Source: Eledone cirrhosa
Lineage: Eukaryota
Length of the DNA stretch: 64,000 nucleotides
Direction of reading: 5' to 3'
Assembly: GCA_964016885.1 (NCBI GenBank)
Contig: OZ024742.1
Coordinates: 132,308,001-132,372,000, forward strand
Position 1 is the stretch's first letter; each line of letters begins with the position of its first letter. The notes below the pieces were generated by a model, which ran no database searches, was not told the DNA's origin, and was given only the letters and a program-made list of their open reading frames with translations. Position numbers and translations under genes: made by a program. This document shows positions 36,995 to 49,251 of the stretch, piece after piece.

Positions 36995-39900
36995 ATTTCA
37001 TTTATTGCCCACTAGCGCCGACATATAGGGGACAATACAAATGACTGGGACAGTGGGGTTCTACAGAAACATCAAAGTAAACAATATGAATAACAATAAC
37101 AAAGTAACAATAAAAATACGAGAAAAATTCACAATAGGGGGATGACCACCCAGGGTCGCTCAGGTACCGCACCAATCCTGAACGACCCGACGCTTCGAGA
37201 GTACCCTTTAAGGGCACCCCTCTTCTCCTCCAATGTACCCACCTACAGGCGCATGACCAGAGTAGGCCCACTCACAGGGGCCATCCTTGCCACATTCCCG
37301 CACCTTTCAGCAAATGTACTGGGGGGAACACTTCTCTCTCCACCCTCACCTTCCTTTCGAAGTGAAACTTGAAAAGGTTGAGGGATTGGCCGAAGAGAAA
37401 AGTGTCTATCTTCAGTCCTTTCATCCTCGTCCACAATACAACCTCTTTCGCTACTGCCACCAGACATAGGAACATTTCCTGCCCTTCCTGGCCAAAAGAA
37501 GGCGGCGGGTCGATTTTAACTAAGGACTCGGCCAATAGCCGGATCCGTTCCACGCGCGACAACAGCAGTTGGACATAACTCCACAAGTCAGTAATGCACG
37601 GGCACTGGACGAGTGCGAGCAGAACGGTTTCGTCGCTCTGGCGGCATCTCGGGCTGGACCGTCTGACAGCATTTCCGTGCCTGTAGAGTTTATCTCGAAC
37701 CGGCAGTGCCCCCCGATAGCACTCCCAAGGGAAGGATTTTTGGAAATTATCCATCGTCCACAGCTCGAAAGTCCTCCGGAACAGACTGGTTAGTTCGACT
37801 TCATCGACTCCTTAACCTCTCCGAGTGCGTCGTCGCATTTGCCCACCACTAATCCTCTATAGAACTCGAGAGAGGAAGTTCCACTGACCGCATTGCGCGC
37901 CTGGTAGGGGGCAGTGAGTGCCTGGCAATATTCCAGATGCCAGTCACCCAGTCTCGGTCTCTTCTTGACTCAGGACTGCAGCTCAGTCAAAGAGACGAGC
38001 TGCAGAAAGGCCCGTCTGACAAACGGCGACCACACCTGTTTACCGTTTAGGCAGAATATCTGGAGATGCCGCAGCCTCAGCGCGTGTCTGCGCATTATTA
38101 GCCACGGCATGCCCAGACCTCCACGTAGAGGGTGCTGGCAGCACATGGACCGCCTCACCGACGTAACCTGACATCTCCACAAGAATTTGAAGAGGAGCCG
38201 CTCCATAATGGCGAGGCGCGAACGGTGGCAAAGGACGATCGTCAGACGGTAGTAGATGACGGACGCGAGGTACGCGTTTGCCACCTCCGCCCGACCTTTC
38301 AGTGATAGCATTTCTGGGTGAGACTGTCTACCCTGCCCGTCACTTCGACACTGTTGGACGGCATGGACTTGCTTCGCCAGGTGCCGAGTTGCAAGCCCAC
38401 CGACTTTTCCGTGTCAAGTTTTGCGCCCGTCAACACTTCATTTTCCTCCAATAAGTTGCCGACCACCTAGATTTCTGAGGTGTCCCACACCATCACGGTG
38501 ATGTCGTCCGCATAAGCCGTCACAGACTCTCCACGTCCCGGTTCGAGCGGGATGCCCTGCAACAGCTCCAACTCCCGCAGTAAAGGCTCGAGAGCCAATA
38601 CCTACATAAGGGAGGAGAGAGGGCACCCTTGACTGACCACTTCTCGGAACTTCTCGGGAGGCCTGAAACGGTTCCGAGAAGTGGCCAGTAAGTTTGACCA
38701 CCGAGCAGGTGACGCTGTGCATTGCAGCGATCCAGCTTCTGAAGACGGGGCCGAAGCCAGCCGCCTTGAGGACAGCCTCCAGGTACCGATGGTCGACCCT
38801 ATCGAATGCTTTCGATTGATCTAAATTGATCAGAGCCCCACCGAAGCCAGGTTTACATCCTACCCTCTCTATGATGTATCACATCAGGTGGAGGTTGTCG
38901 TGTATCGATCTGGTTGCGATTTGCAAGTTTGCGCCTCCCCAACCAAATCTCCGACGACAAGGCCAACCTATTCGCTAACACCCTGGCCAAAATCTTAAAC
39001 TCTGTGTTGAGCAGAGTTATGGGCCTGAAATTGTTTAATGTGTCCCTTTTGTTCTCGTCTTTCCTCATCAGCGTCACTAGGACCCCGCTCACAGAACTGG
39101 GAATGCTTCTGTTCTGCTGCCAGTTGCTGTAGGGCGCTTCGAGGAGATTGGATAACAAGTCTGGCATATTTACGTAAAGCTCGAAGGGCAGAACGTCTAA
39201 ACCGGGTGACTTGCGCCTCGTGACGCTGACAAGGGCATCATGAATCTCGGCTGAAGTAATCGGCTTTTCGAAGTGCCCAGCGTTGGCCGTCGAGAGTTGT
39301 GGCATGCCTTCAAGGTAGGGGCTGAAGTCCGCTACCGTCACTGACACGCCACTTGCCCCGAACAACCTAGCAAAATGTTGGCGAAAGGCCTCACACATCC
39401 GCTTGGAATCGCTCAGCTCGTGTCCATCAGATACCGAATCGTGGTTTTATTAACACGCTGTACCTCTGCCACGCGGGCCCATCGAACAGCTTTGGTTACC
39501 AAGTTTCTCAGATCACGCGCCTTTGCTCTGACAATGCAACCTTCGTGTTTCGCATTGAAGAAATGGTCTAATGCCATTCTCCCCGCAAGAAGGTTATTTG
39601 CAATGCCACTACAAATAACCTCGTCTAACTTATCTACCAACACCCCCTCCTTTCTATTTTTCTCTAACGCTACTTCTTTGCTAAACTCTATCGACATTAC
39701 CCTAATCTCTCTTTTGAGAGCCCCCCACCATCTATTCTTGACGACTCCCTCTGTCAACCTTTTCTAAATTGTCGACCTGTTTGTTCCCTGTAAGCCTTAC
39801 ATGCCGGAAATAACAAGTTCAGCTTCCAGTAACCATGTCCTAACCTACGCGTCTTATCTAGGTCGACTATGCAGATCACAAACTTGTGATCTGAATAGGC

Positions 39901-42718
39901 GACTGTTTTAAAACGTGGACAGCTTACACTATTTATGTTTATTTTCCTAATGAATATCCTGTCTATATACGATCTAGATGACCCTATGCGGTTAGTCCAG
40001 GTCCACACTGCAGCATTAGGGAAATCCAATCGGTACCTCTCAGACAGTTGGAACTGGCTGATCAGGTACTTGATGCCTTTGCACCCCCCGCTCCTATCGG
40101 ATACTACCACACAGTGCCAGCGTGCGTCTAAGATGCCGTTCCAGTCCCCCGTTAAGTGTAAAGCGCGAGACGTACGCAGAAAGGCTTCCAGGCGTCTAAA
40201 GAAGTCCAGCCGTCCTGCCCACTAGGGGTGTAGACGGCCACCAGTCTAAATGCACCACCTTTGTTATTGTTTACGTCCAGGACCACCAACTTACTGTCCG
40301 TGTCCCGGAAGATCGACCTTATCTCGAGATCCAGGCCTTTCCTTAACAGCACTTCCACCCCGCCTCCCATTCCCGGACGACTAACAGATGCAAAGATCTG
40401 ATAGTCGTCGAAAATGGGGGATAGTGCGCGCGTGTCGGAAATCCTGGTCTCTCTGATGGCAATTACATCCATTTCTAGAGACCTGAGGTCGTTGAGCAGG
40501 TGACCCTGCTTCCAGGACGATCCCAGGCCTCGAACATTGAAACTTCCTACTCTTACTACGGCCTTGTTGGCAGGTTAAAAGAGAGAGAGGAAAGGTTTAC
40601 TTATCGTCCGGGCTCTTGTGAAGGTCGGGTGGTTCGACCTCCATAGTTGGTGGGGTTTCTTTTGGGAACCCCTTTAAAAGTCTTGAAGTGGGTTTTACGT
40701 TCGGGGTACCCACGTCCCGAGGAAAGCTGTCTCGTATCTCTTTGTATAAACCGAGTGGCATTCCCATCAGAAACAAATCTTCCCCCTCTTTTTGTATATC
40801 TTCACTTCGTGCTGCGTGGTACATCAGTTCTTTGTTGGCCCTCCTGACGAGCACAAAGTTTTTATGTTTTGTTGGTGTGATTTTATTTGTTTGCGTGGCT
40901 GTGGTGGTGATGGTTTTGATGGTGTTGTTTTAGTTGTATCTGTGTTTGTTGTGAGTGCCGTGTCTGTGGTTTCAGATGTTTGTGTGTGTATTTGATCTTG
41001 CGTCTGTTTAGGTTGTTTGTGTTTGTGGGATTCTGGTGATGGTGATGGTGGTGTTGATGTTGGTGTTATTGGGCAGATGTTTGCGTGGGTGGTGTTTGCA
41101 TTTTTTATTGTGGGTGATGTTGTGCTTTGTTGAGTTTTTTTTTTTCTTTTTGTGTTTCCTTTTTTGTATTTTTGGGGATTTTGGTTTTCCATCATATTCA
41201 CTACTGCTAGATTAGGGGTCTGTGTCTGTAACTGTGTCTGTGTGTGTGTTTATATTTTTATTGATGTGTGTATTTTTTTTTGGGGGGGGGGGGGGGGGGA
41301 TTTGAGAACTTTCCTCGTTTCCCTCCTGGGTGGTCAATGCTGGTGGTGGTCTTTCTATTGGTGTTGTTGTTGGTGGTTTTGCTGGGGCAGGTGCTGGTTG
41401 TGGTCCTCGCCCCGGCGTGCGCAGCACTGGAGCCCTTCGACCCCTCGGATCTTTCAGCAGTTGAGGGCAGAAGGCTCACAAATGGGTTTTTCCCGAACAA
41501 ACAAAACAATGCGGCCTTTGCCCTCGGTCATAATATGAATGACCGTCTCATCCTGAAGGCGGATGTGTTCCGGGATTATCTTCACATTCTCGGGCCTTAT
41601 CTGGAGAAGTATCACCAAGTCATCTACGTACCAGTCTTCCCTGTCAGTACTTGTCACTTTTATCGGGACGGTATCCGTCCCCTCCACAATCACACATCCC
41701 AGAAGCCACCACATGTCAAGACCTGGTGGGATTCTGGGAATGCGGAGACGGGCCGTTATTTTTCCCATGTGGGAGGGGTACATTATGACCTTGCTGGTTT
41801 TGCAAGGAGTCATAGCGTGTTTCATAGCTAGGGCTTCTGACTTAGACAGCACCGAAATGGTGTCGTACTGTCTGCCCCTCGCTATGTATTCGGTGTCATC
41901 TCTGATGCACCTCAGCGCGACTTCAACATCTGCCTGTGGAATTAAAGCTGACATTTTGGTTTGTGCTGAGATGCATCTATAATGCACCGTTCTGCGCTCC
42001 ACTGCCTCAATAGGTTTTCTCGGGACAGTTAAGTTGGCCCATGTCTGCTCTTGCTTGATGAGCTTCCAGGCCTGGGCCAATTTTTCATCTTTGTTTGAGA
42101 GGTCCATGTTGAAGCACGGCCTCTTTGTGGGTGCTGCCTCAGCGAAAGTGTTCTTCTTGTTGTAGTTGGGGGTGTTGTCGTTGTTCTTGTTGGTATTGTT
42201 GTTATCACTCTCGCTGTTATCATTGTTGTCTTTGGTGCCACCGTTGTTCTAGGTGCAGTTGGTATTGTTGCTGTTGGTGTTGTCGCTATTTGTTTTCATG
42301 TTAGTGGTGTTGATATTGTTGTTGCATTTGTTGTCATTTTTTCTGTTATCTGTATTTTCGTTGTCGCTGTTAATGTCATTGTTTTCAAAATTAGACTTCT
42401 CAGTGTTGTTATCATTGCTGTCTTTGTTGACATTGTTTCTGGTGGTGTTTCATGTATCAATTTCTGTTAATTTCGACGTAGCGCTCCTCTCAACTTTTAC
42501 GTCGTTGTCGCACGACAGCAGACAAATCGCTGGGGGAAGTGGCTCAGCCATGTTTTTTTTTCGATAATTTTTTAAAATGTAAAATTGTTCAAATATTTGG
42601 GCCGAAAGGCCCAAATATTATTCTTTCCCATACACAACAACAACATTTCAATAATTAAGTTTTGACAGGTAAATAAATAAACTTACGAGAGCGAGCAAAA
42701 ATACGTCCGTACAGACTC
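36995..42718 (-). mobile_element. Tx1-like LINE copy D, full length, degenerate (ORF1 ~42550-40597; ORF2 ~40565-37250)
   Basis: APE, RT and CCHC fragments in the ORF track; ORF1 YIARGRQYDTISV..HIMTEGKGR; internal deletion near 38310-38350; (TTA)n at both ends. Confidence 0.95.
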
Positions 42719-42775
<57 letters not shown>

Positions 42776-42780
42776 TATAA
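42719..42780. repeat. (AAT)n microsatellite spacer between tandem Tx1 copies
   Basis: About 20 AAT units; equivalent spacers at 30930-30977 and 36767-36800. Confidence 0.97.
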
Positions 42781-45700
42781 TGATTTCTTTATTGGCCACA
42801 AGGGCTGACATCAAGAAAAACATCACAGACGGAACAGGACGGTACGATGTGGGTTTTGTGCGTGTAAATATTTTTATTATTTATATAAGAAAAGAAAAAA
42901 GACATAAAACATATATATATATAAACAATAAAATGAAAATTGAAACAATGAAAAATTCCCCAATAGGGGCGAAAACTCCGAGGGTTACTCGTGGCGAAAA
43001 CCACACAAAAGACCACGGCCACCCTGACTACCAGGGCAAGCGCCCTCTCTCAATTTTTCCATCTTTCAAACTACAGACGTATATTCAGAGCGGTCCCATT
43101 CACTCGGACCATTCTCGCTACATTCACCCACCTTTCAACAAACTTGCTAGAAAGCAGCACTTGCCTCTCCACCCTGATTTTCCTCTTCAAGTGAAACTTG
43201 AAAAAGTTAATCAGGGATTCGCCGAAGAGGAAAGTGTTTGTCTTTAATCCTTTTAACCTTGTCCACCACACAATCTCTTTCGCCATGTCCACCAGGAAGA
43301 TGAAAACCGCCTGCCCTTCCTCCTCAAAGGAAGACGGCGAGACCATCTGCATAATGGACTCAGACAACCGGATCAGTCCCACACGTGACAGCAACTGTTC
43401 GACATAGCTCCACCTGTCAACAATGCTTGGGCACTGAAAGAGTGCGTGCACAACAGTTTCGTCGCTATGCGCGCATCTCGGACATGCTCGGCTGACGGCA
43501 CTTCCGTGCCTGTAGAGCTTATCTCGAACCGGCAGCGCTCCCTGGTAGCACTGCCAGGCCAGGGATTTTTGGAAGTTATCCATAGGCCCCGGGCTGAAAG
43601 TTCTCCGGAAGAGAGCAAGCAGCTGATCTTCTTCAACGCCCAGGATCTCTCCGAGAACGTCGTCACTCTTCCCCTCCACTAGTCCTCTATAGAACGCCGA
43701 GGTGGATGTTCCACCGATACTGGTGCCCAACTGGGAGAGGGCAGTGAGCGCCTGGAGACATTCCAGTTTCCAAGCGCTATCCCTCGGTCTTTTTTCTGAC
43801 CCAGGACTGCAGCTCCGTCAAGGAGACGAGCTGTGGGAAAATGTGCCTGGCGAACGGCGACCACACCCGTTCACCATCAAGGAAGCACCAGAGATGTCGC
43901 AGCCTCAGCGCATGTTTGCGCATCATCAACCATGGCATGCCCAGTCCTCCACGCAGCGGGTGTTGACAGCAGATGGATCGTCTGACCATGGGAGCGCGTC
44001 CCTTCCACAAAAAGCGGAAGAGAAGGCGATCCATTTTGGTGAGAGTTGGGCTGGAGCAAGGGAAGACGGTGAGACGGTAGCAGATGACGGATGCGATATA
44101 CGCATTCGCCACTTCCGCCCGGCCTTTCAGGGACAGCTTCATCTCAGCCCATTTCTGGGTGAGGGAGGCCACTCTGCTCGTCACCTCATTCCAGTTTTTC
44201 TCCATCTGGAGGTCCGGTCCGAACCAGACCCCGAGCAATTTAACCGGTCCGTCCGTCCAACGCCCCACGACTCTGTCGGACGGCATGCTTATAGCTCTCC
44301 AGGTACCGAGTTGCAAGCCCACCGACGTTTCCTGGTTTATCTTTGCTCCTGTCACGGCTTCGTATTCCTTGAGAGTGGTGCCGAGCATCTGGACGTGTCT
44401 GGTGCTCGACACCACAACGGTGACGTCGTCAGCGTAAGCCGACTCGGATTTCCCGCAACCTAGTTCGCGTGGGACGCCCCTCATCGCTCCCAGTTTGTGC
44501 AGTAACGGCTCGAGAGCCAATACGTACGAGAGAGACGAGAGGGGACAACCCTGGCGGACTGACCGCATGATGCTGAACGGCTGCGACAGGTGACCGTTCA
44601 CCCTCACAACTGAGCAGATGTCGCTGTACATTGTTGCGATCCAACCCCTGAAAACGGGCCCGAAACCGGCTGTCTCGAGGACCGCCGCCAGGAACCGATG
44701 GTCGACCCTATCGAATGCTTTGGATTGATCCAAGTTGATCAGGGACCCACCCTTGCCAGTTCCTTAACCAACCTCTCTATGATGTATCGCATGAGGTGGA
44801 GGTTGTCGTATATGGATCTGTCCGGAATGGCGCATGTATACGCCTCTCCCGCCAGACCCTTGACGACAAGCGCCAACCTCGTTGCTAACCCTTGGCCAAC
44901 ATCTTGAACTCTGCGTTTAGCAGGGTTATGGGCCTGAAATTATCGATAACATCCCCCTTGTTCGGGTCTTTTCTCAGCAGCGCCACTGCTCCCCGGCTCA
45001 CAAAACTGGGAATGCTCCCGTTCTGCTGCCAGTTGCAGTAGACGTCTGCCAAGAGGTCACCGAACAAATCTGGCATAAATGCATAAAGCTCGTAGGGCAG
45101 ACCATACAAACCTGGCGATTTACCCCGTGTGCAGGTAACCATCGCTTCCCGTGTTTCATCGGCTGTTATTGGCTTTTTGCATCACTCTGCTGCGGTCGTC
45201 GAGAGCCGAGGCAGTCCGTCGAGGCATGCACTGAAGTCCATGCTCCGATCCTGGCCGCCGCCGCTCCCAAACAGTTCAGCAAAGTGCTGCTGAAAAGCTT
45301 CACACATCGGCTCGGGTTCGAGCATCAAGCACCCGTTTTGGTCAGACAAAAACCGAATTGTGGCTTTGTTGCCACGTCGCGCCTCTGCCACCCGGGCCCT
45401 TTGGACGGCTTTTGTCCCCTCGTGTTTCAGAGCATGCGCTCTAGATGTGACAACGTAGCCTTCGTGTTTTACGTTGAAGAATTGGTCGAGAGCCAATCTC
45501 GCCGCAAGCACGTCGGTTGCGATGCCTGTCCTAAACCCCTCTTCTAGCTTTCTGACTAGCTCTCCCTCTACTCTATTTTCCTCTATCACTACTTATTTGC
45601 TAAACCTAATCGACTCTACTTTAATTGCCCTTTTCAGGGCGAACCACTACCTGTTGTTGACTATCGCTCCCGTCAACGCCCGTTTAACTAATACGCTAAT

Positions 45701-46830
45701 CCGGTCTATGTAGGCTTTGCGCGCCGGGAAAGACGCGTTCAGCTTCCAGTAACCGGGCCCTTGTCTATGAAGTCCGTCTATGTCGATCTCACAGATCACA
45801 AATTTGTGGTCTGTGTAGTCGACTATTTTAAATTGTGTACAACTTATACTAGCCTTATCTAGTTCTCTGCAGAATACCCTATCGAGAGACGATATGGAAG
45901 AACAGATGCGGTTTGTCCATGTCCACATTGGCACATTCGGGTGATCCAGTCAATACCTGTCAGACAATTCAAAACGTCTGAGCAGGTTGGTGAGGCTCTT
46001 GCACCCTCCTCCCCTATCCACTAGCCCCACACGATCCCAGCGTGCATCCAATATACCGTTCCAGTCGCCCACTAACACTAAAGAGCGGGACGTTCCAAGA
46101 AAGGTCTCTAGACGTCTGAAGACATCTGGCCATCCTGCCCCTATTGGGGCGTAGACGGCTACTAGCCTGAAAGCATTGCCTTCGCTGCCGGTCACGTCTA
46201 GCACCACCGATTTACCTTCTGGGTCTAGGAAGATGGCCCGTATCGCGAGTTCCAAGCCTCTCCGAAATAGGACGGCGACCCCTCCTCCCGATCCTGGACG
46301 GCTGGGAGATGCGTATACATCGTAGCCGCCGAAGATCGTTGGTATAGTAGTTGTTGTGTTCGTTGATACTGTTGCTGTTGTTACTGTTATTGTGGCTGTT
46401 GTTATTATTGTTGTTTTTGTTGATACTGTTCCTACTATTATTGTTGTTGTGGCTGTTGTTATTGTCATTGTTATTGTCGTTCTCGACCTTACCGCTGTTA
46501 TTTTTGTTAATGTCGTTCTCGACCTTACCGCTGTTATTTGTTGTTTTTGCTGTTGTTATTGATGGTGTTGCTGTTGGTGTTGTTGTTGGTGTTATTGTTG
46601 GTGTTGTTTTTGTTAGAAATATTTGTTAATTTTAAATCTGTAACAATCTTCTTTTCCTTTGTAATATTTTCGTTTATATTTGCCTCCGCTCGAACGCTGT
46701 CTTGTTGACATGCTGATAAAGTCTCCTTCTCTCTGTGTTGTCTGACTGCGCTCTCTCTCTTTCTTGTGTTATCCATGTTGAAATTTTTCAAAAAAAATAT
46801 TTTTACACAAATACGAATACGACACCCCGT
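42781..46830 (-). mobile_element. Tx1-like LINE copy E, internally deleted (5' UTR/ORF1 start fused to mid-APE at ~46340)
   Basis: ORF2 pieces DQSKAFDRVDH..RQGCPLS..YADD..CPRC..HALFQCP; junction ..ataccaac|gatcttcggcggctacg on the minus strand. Confidence 0.92.
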
Positions 46831-46886
46831 AAATAATAATAATTGCTTCTACGTTAGGCACAAGGCCAGCAATAATAATAATAATA

Positions 46887-47264
46887 GCCTGATTGTAGAT
46901 GTAGCCGGCCTATTTGACACGAGTTTGCAAGAAAAGGAGAGGGAGAAAATTAACCGATACCAGGACTTAAAGTTGGATTTAAAAGGGATTTTGAACTGCC
47001 ATGAAGTCTAGGTCGTCCCGATTGTCATAGGCGCACTAGGTACTATCTCAAATAGTTTCCAAGGATGGTTAAAGAAGATTAGTCCAGCCCCGCTTTTGGG
47101 AACACTTCAAAAGGCATGCTTGCTGGGAACAGCAATAACCCTCCGATACGTCCTGAATGTCTGAGGCTGCATGTAGTGGCTTGATATTCATTTCAACAAA
47201 CTTTCCATTTAAATAACATCAATGACTGAGACTCAAAGAACAATAATAATGATAATAATAATAA
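46887..47264 (+). mobile_element. R4/Dong-like RLE LINE 3' fragment with (TAA)n tail, inserted in (TAA)n next to a SINE tail remnant (46831-46872)
   Basis: LIVDVAGLFDTSLQEKEREKINRYQDL..VVPIVIGALGT..LQKACLLGTA; tail aataataatgataataat. Confidence 0.85.
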
Positions 47265-47267
47265 TTA

Positions 47268-47307
<40 letters not shown>

Positions 47308-47759
47308 ATAGTAATTTTTACGACATTGGCTCTTTAGATCTCTAAACATATGTGTCTATTTTCTTTGTCTACGTGTGAGCGTATGTGTGTGAGTGTTTAT
47401 GTGTTGTGTGTGTGTGTGTATGTGCGTATTCCTACGTTTATCTCAATATATTCTATTACGGCTACCTTTTCCGAATAAATGCCCTCAGGATGCACTGTGA
47501 TTCTTGAAGATAAAAGCATCAAACTGGCCTCGAGATTTTATGTTGTAACTCCCCGGAGTTTTGTTAGCACTTAGTTATCTAATACATCCCATTGATAATT
47601 CCTATTTTATTTTGCACTTTCTTAACATTGGTAACCTGATAATAATTTACACCTTTCCATAATTTTCTAAAGCACTCTAAACAACCTCAAGATATGATAT
47701 ATTGAATATACAGTATATAATTTTTCCCCTGGGTTCCCTAAATTTCACTGAAGTATCAA

Positions 47760-48160
47760 ATAAACCTCAGCTACTTAATGCTGCAGATATTCAACGATTA
47801 AATATGAAACATTACATTTCGACAAGTTGTTAAGAACTTAAATTTATTCTAAACATCCACTTATTTGCTATAGTTACTTTGAGCGCCGTTGGCAATGCGC
47901 TACAGCTTTAAAACCCTACTGATAATTATGGCATCACTATTGGCTGCAACATATATATATAAAATCACTACAAGATTGATATTGATTAAAAAATATTGAA
48001 CTCTGTCCCACCGATTTTCCCTCATAAGATTGCAGAACCACCAGAATTGGATATACACTGACATGTTTACTACAGATTTCTGTATACATATGGTCTACTG
48101 AACAGCATTAATTTTACCAATCTTTGAGTGTCGTCTGAATTGTCTTCTGTAGAGTTCATT
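47760..48160 (+). pseudogene. Possible highly decayed hAT (ZMYM1-like) transposase fragment
   Basis: Weak resemblance: KFILNIH..SAVGNALQ..IKSLQD..LILPIFE. Confidence 0.25.
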
Positions 48161-48191
48161 CTCTTAATTCACTCATTAATATATATATATA

Positions 48192-48641
48192 TAGGCTTAA
48201 CATTACATGAGAATAAGAAGAAAACAAGACGGGGAGGGGGGTGGAGTTTTCTCATCAGTTGTCTACTGGGGGCGGGGGGGGGGTCTTGGATATGTTAACG
48301 CTTTAAAGACAATATATCTACCCCCAGAGCGTTCAATAACTGGGTAAGTTATTGGGAAAACAGAGGAGAGAGGGAAGGAAAATAGAAGGGAAAAGGGAAG
48401 AAAAGAGAAAACAGCGAAAAAACAACAACAAACCGAGCAATGTGCGAGAATGTTTTCCCAATAACTTACGCAGTTATTGAACGCTCTGGGGGTAGATATA
48501 TTGTCTTTAAAGCGTTGAAATATCCGAGATCCCCAGTAGAAAACTAATGAGGAAAACTCCCCCTCCCCGTTCTTGCTTTCTTCTTATTCTCATCCAATAT
48601 TAAGCCTACCTTAACTTGCAACGAAACAGCCAATCCTATTC

Positions 48642-48644
<3 letters not shown>
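48192..48644. repeat. Diverged ~160-170 bp inverted repeat (48192-48362 / 48451-48608) plus ~36 bp tail, flanked by (TA)n
   Basis: aacgctttaaagacaatatatctacccccagagcgttcaataactg.gtaagttattgggaaaaca versus its reverse complement. Confidence 0.9.
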
Positions 48645-48682
<38 letters not shown>

Positions 48683-48810
48683 TAATAATAGCTTAGTTTA
48701 CGGGTTTTCTTCTTTCTAATAATTAATTTACGGGTTTTTTCTTTCTATAGAATTGTAAACACTGCGATCATTTTTACAGATAGAATTTGGTGTCATTATC
48801 AGAAATCCTA

Positions 48811-48994
48811 CGGGCGGTATCAGTAGAGCGTCAAACACCATGCTTTGCAGCATAGAGTTACGATTCTTTACGTTCTGAGTTCAAATCCCGCCGAGGTTAA
48901 CTTTGCCTTTCATCTTTACGGGGGCGATAAAATAAAGCACCAGTAATGCACTGGGTAAATTGCTGGCCTTGTGCCAAATGTAGAAACAATAATT
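48811..48994 (+). mobile_element. tRNA-head Nin/Deu-domain SINE with TSD
   Basis: SINE core and tail; agaaatcct duplicated at 48801-48809 and 48995-49003. Confidence 0.88.
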
Positions 48995-49251
48995 AGAAAT
49001 CCTTCTGTAATAAAGGTTCCCTATGTAAAAAGACTTACAACAATATTAAGTACGTTAATATTTATTGCATTCTTCTAGTCACACCCTTTGGAAAATGTTT
49101 TTAACTCTTAACATCGTTGATTGAAACATGAATGTTAGTGTTTATTAGAAATATCTCCTAATTAATTACAATTGTTCAATAAACCATTTAAATACTGTGC
49201 TTTTATTGTGGCCAACTAGTAGTACCGCTAGAAATTAAATATATATATATA

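Noticed and set aside
43702-44463. Long antisense ORFs over Tx1 ORF2 (e.g. 253 aa)
   Set aside because: These are shadow ORFs of GC-rich coding sequence and are not kept open across the other copies.
30978-46830. Segmental or tandem duplication as the origin of the LINE array
   Set aside because: The copies have different UTRs and ORF1s and clearly diverged ORF2s, so they are independent insertions.
48245-48262. CTGATGAG on the minus strand as a hammerhead core
   Set aside because: No convincing stem II/III or NUH site could be paired with the downstream gaaac.
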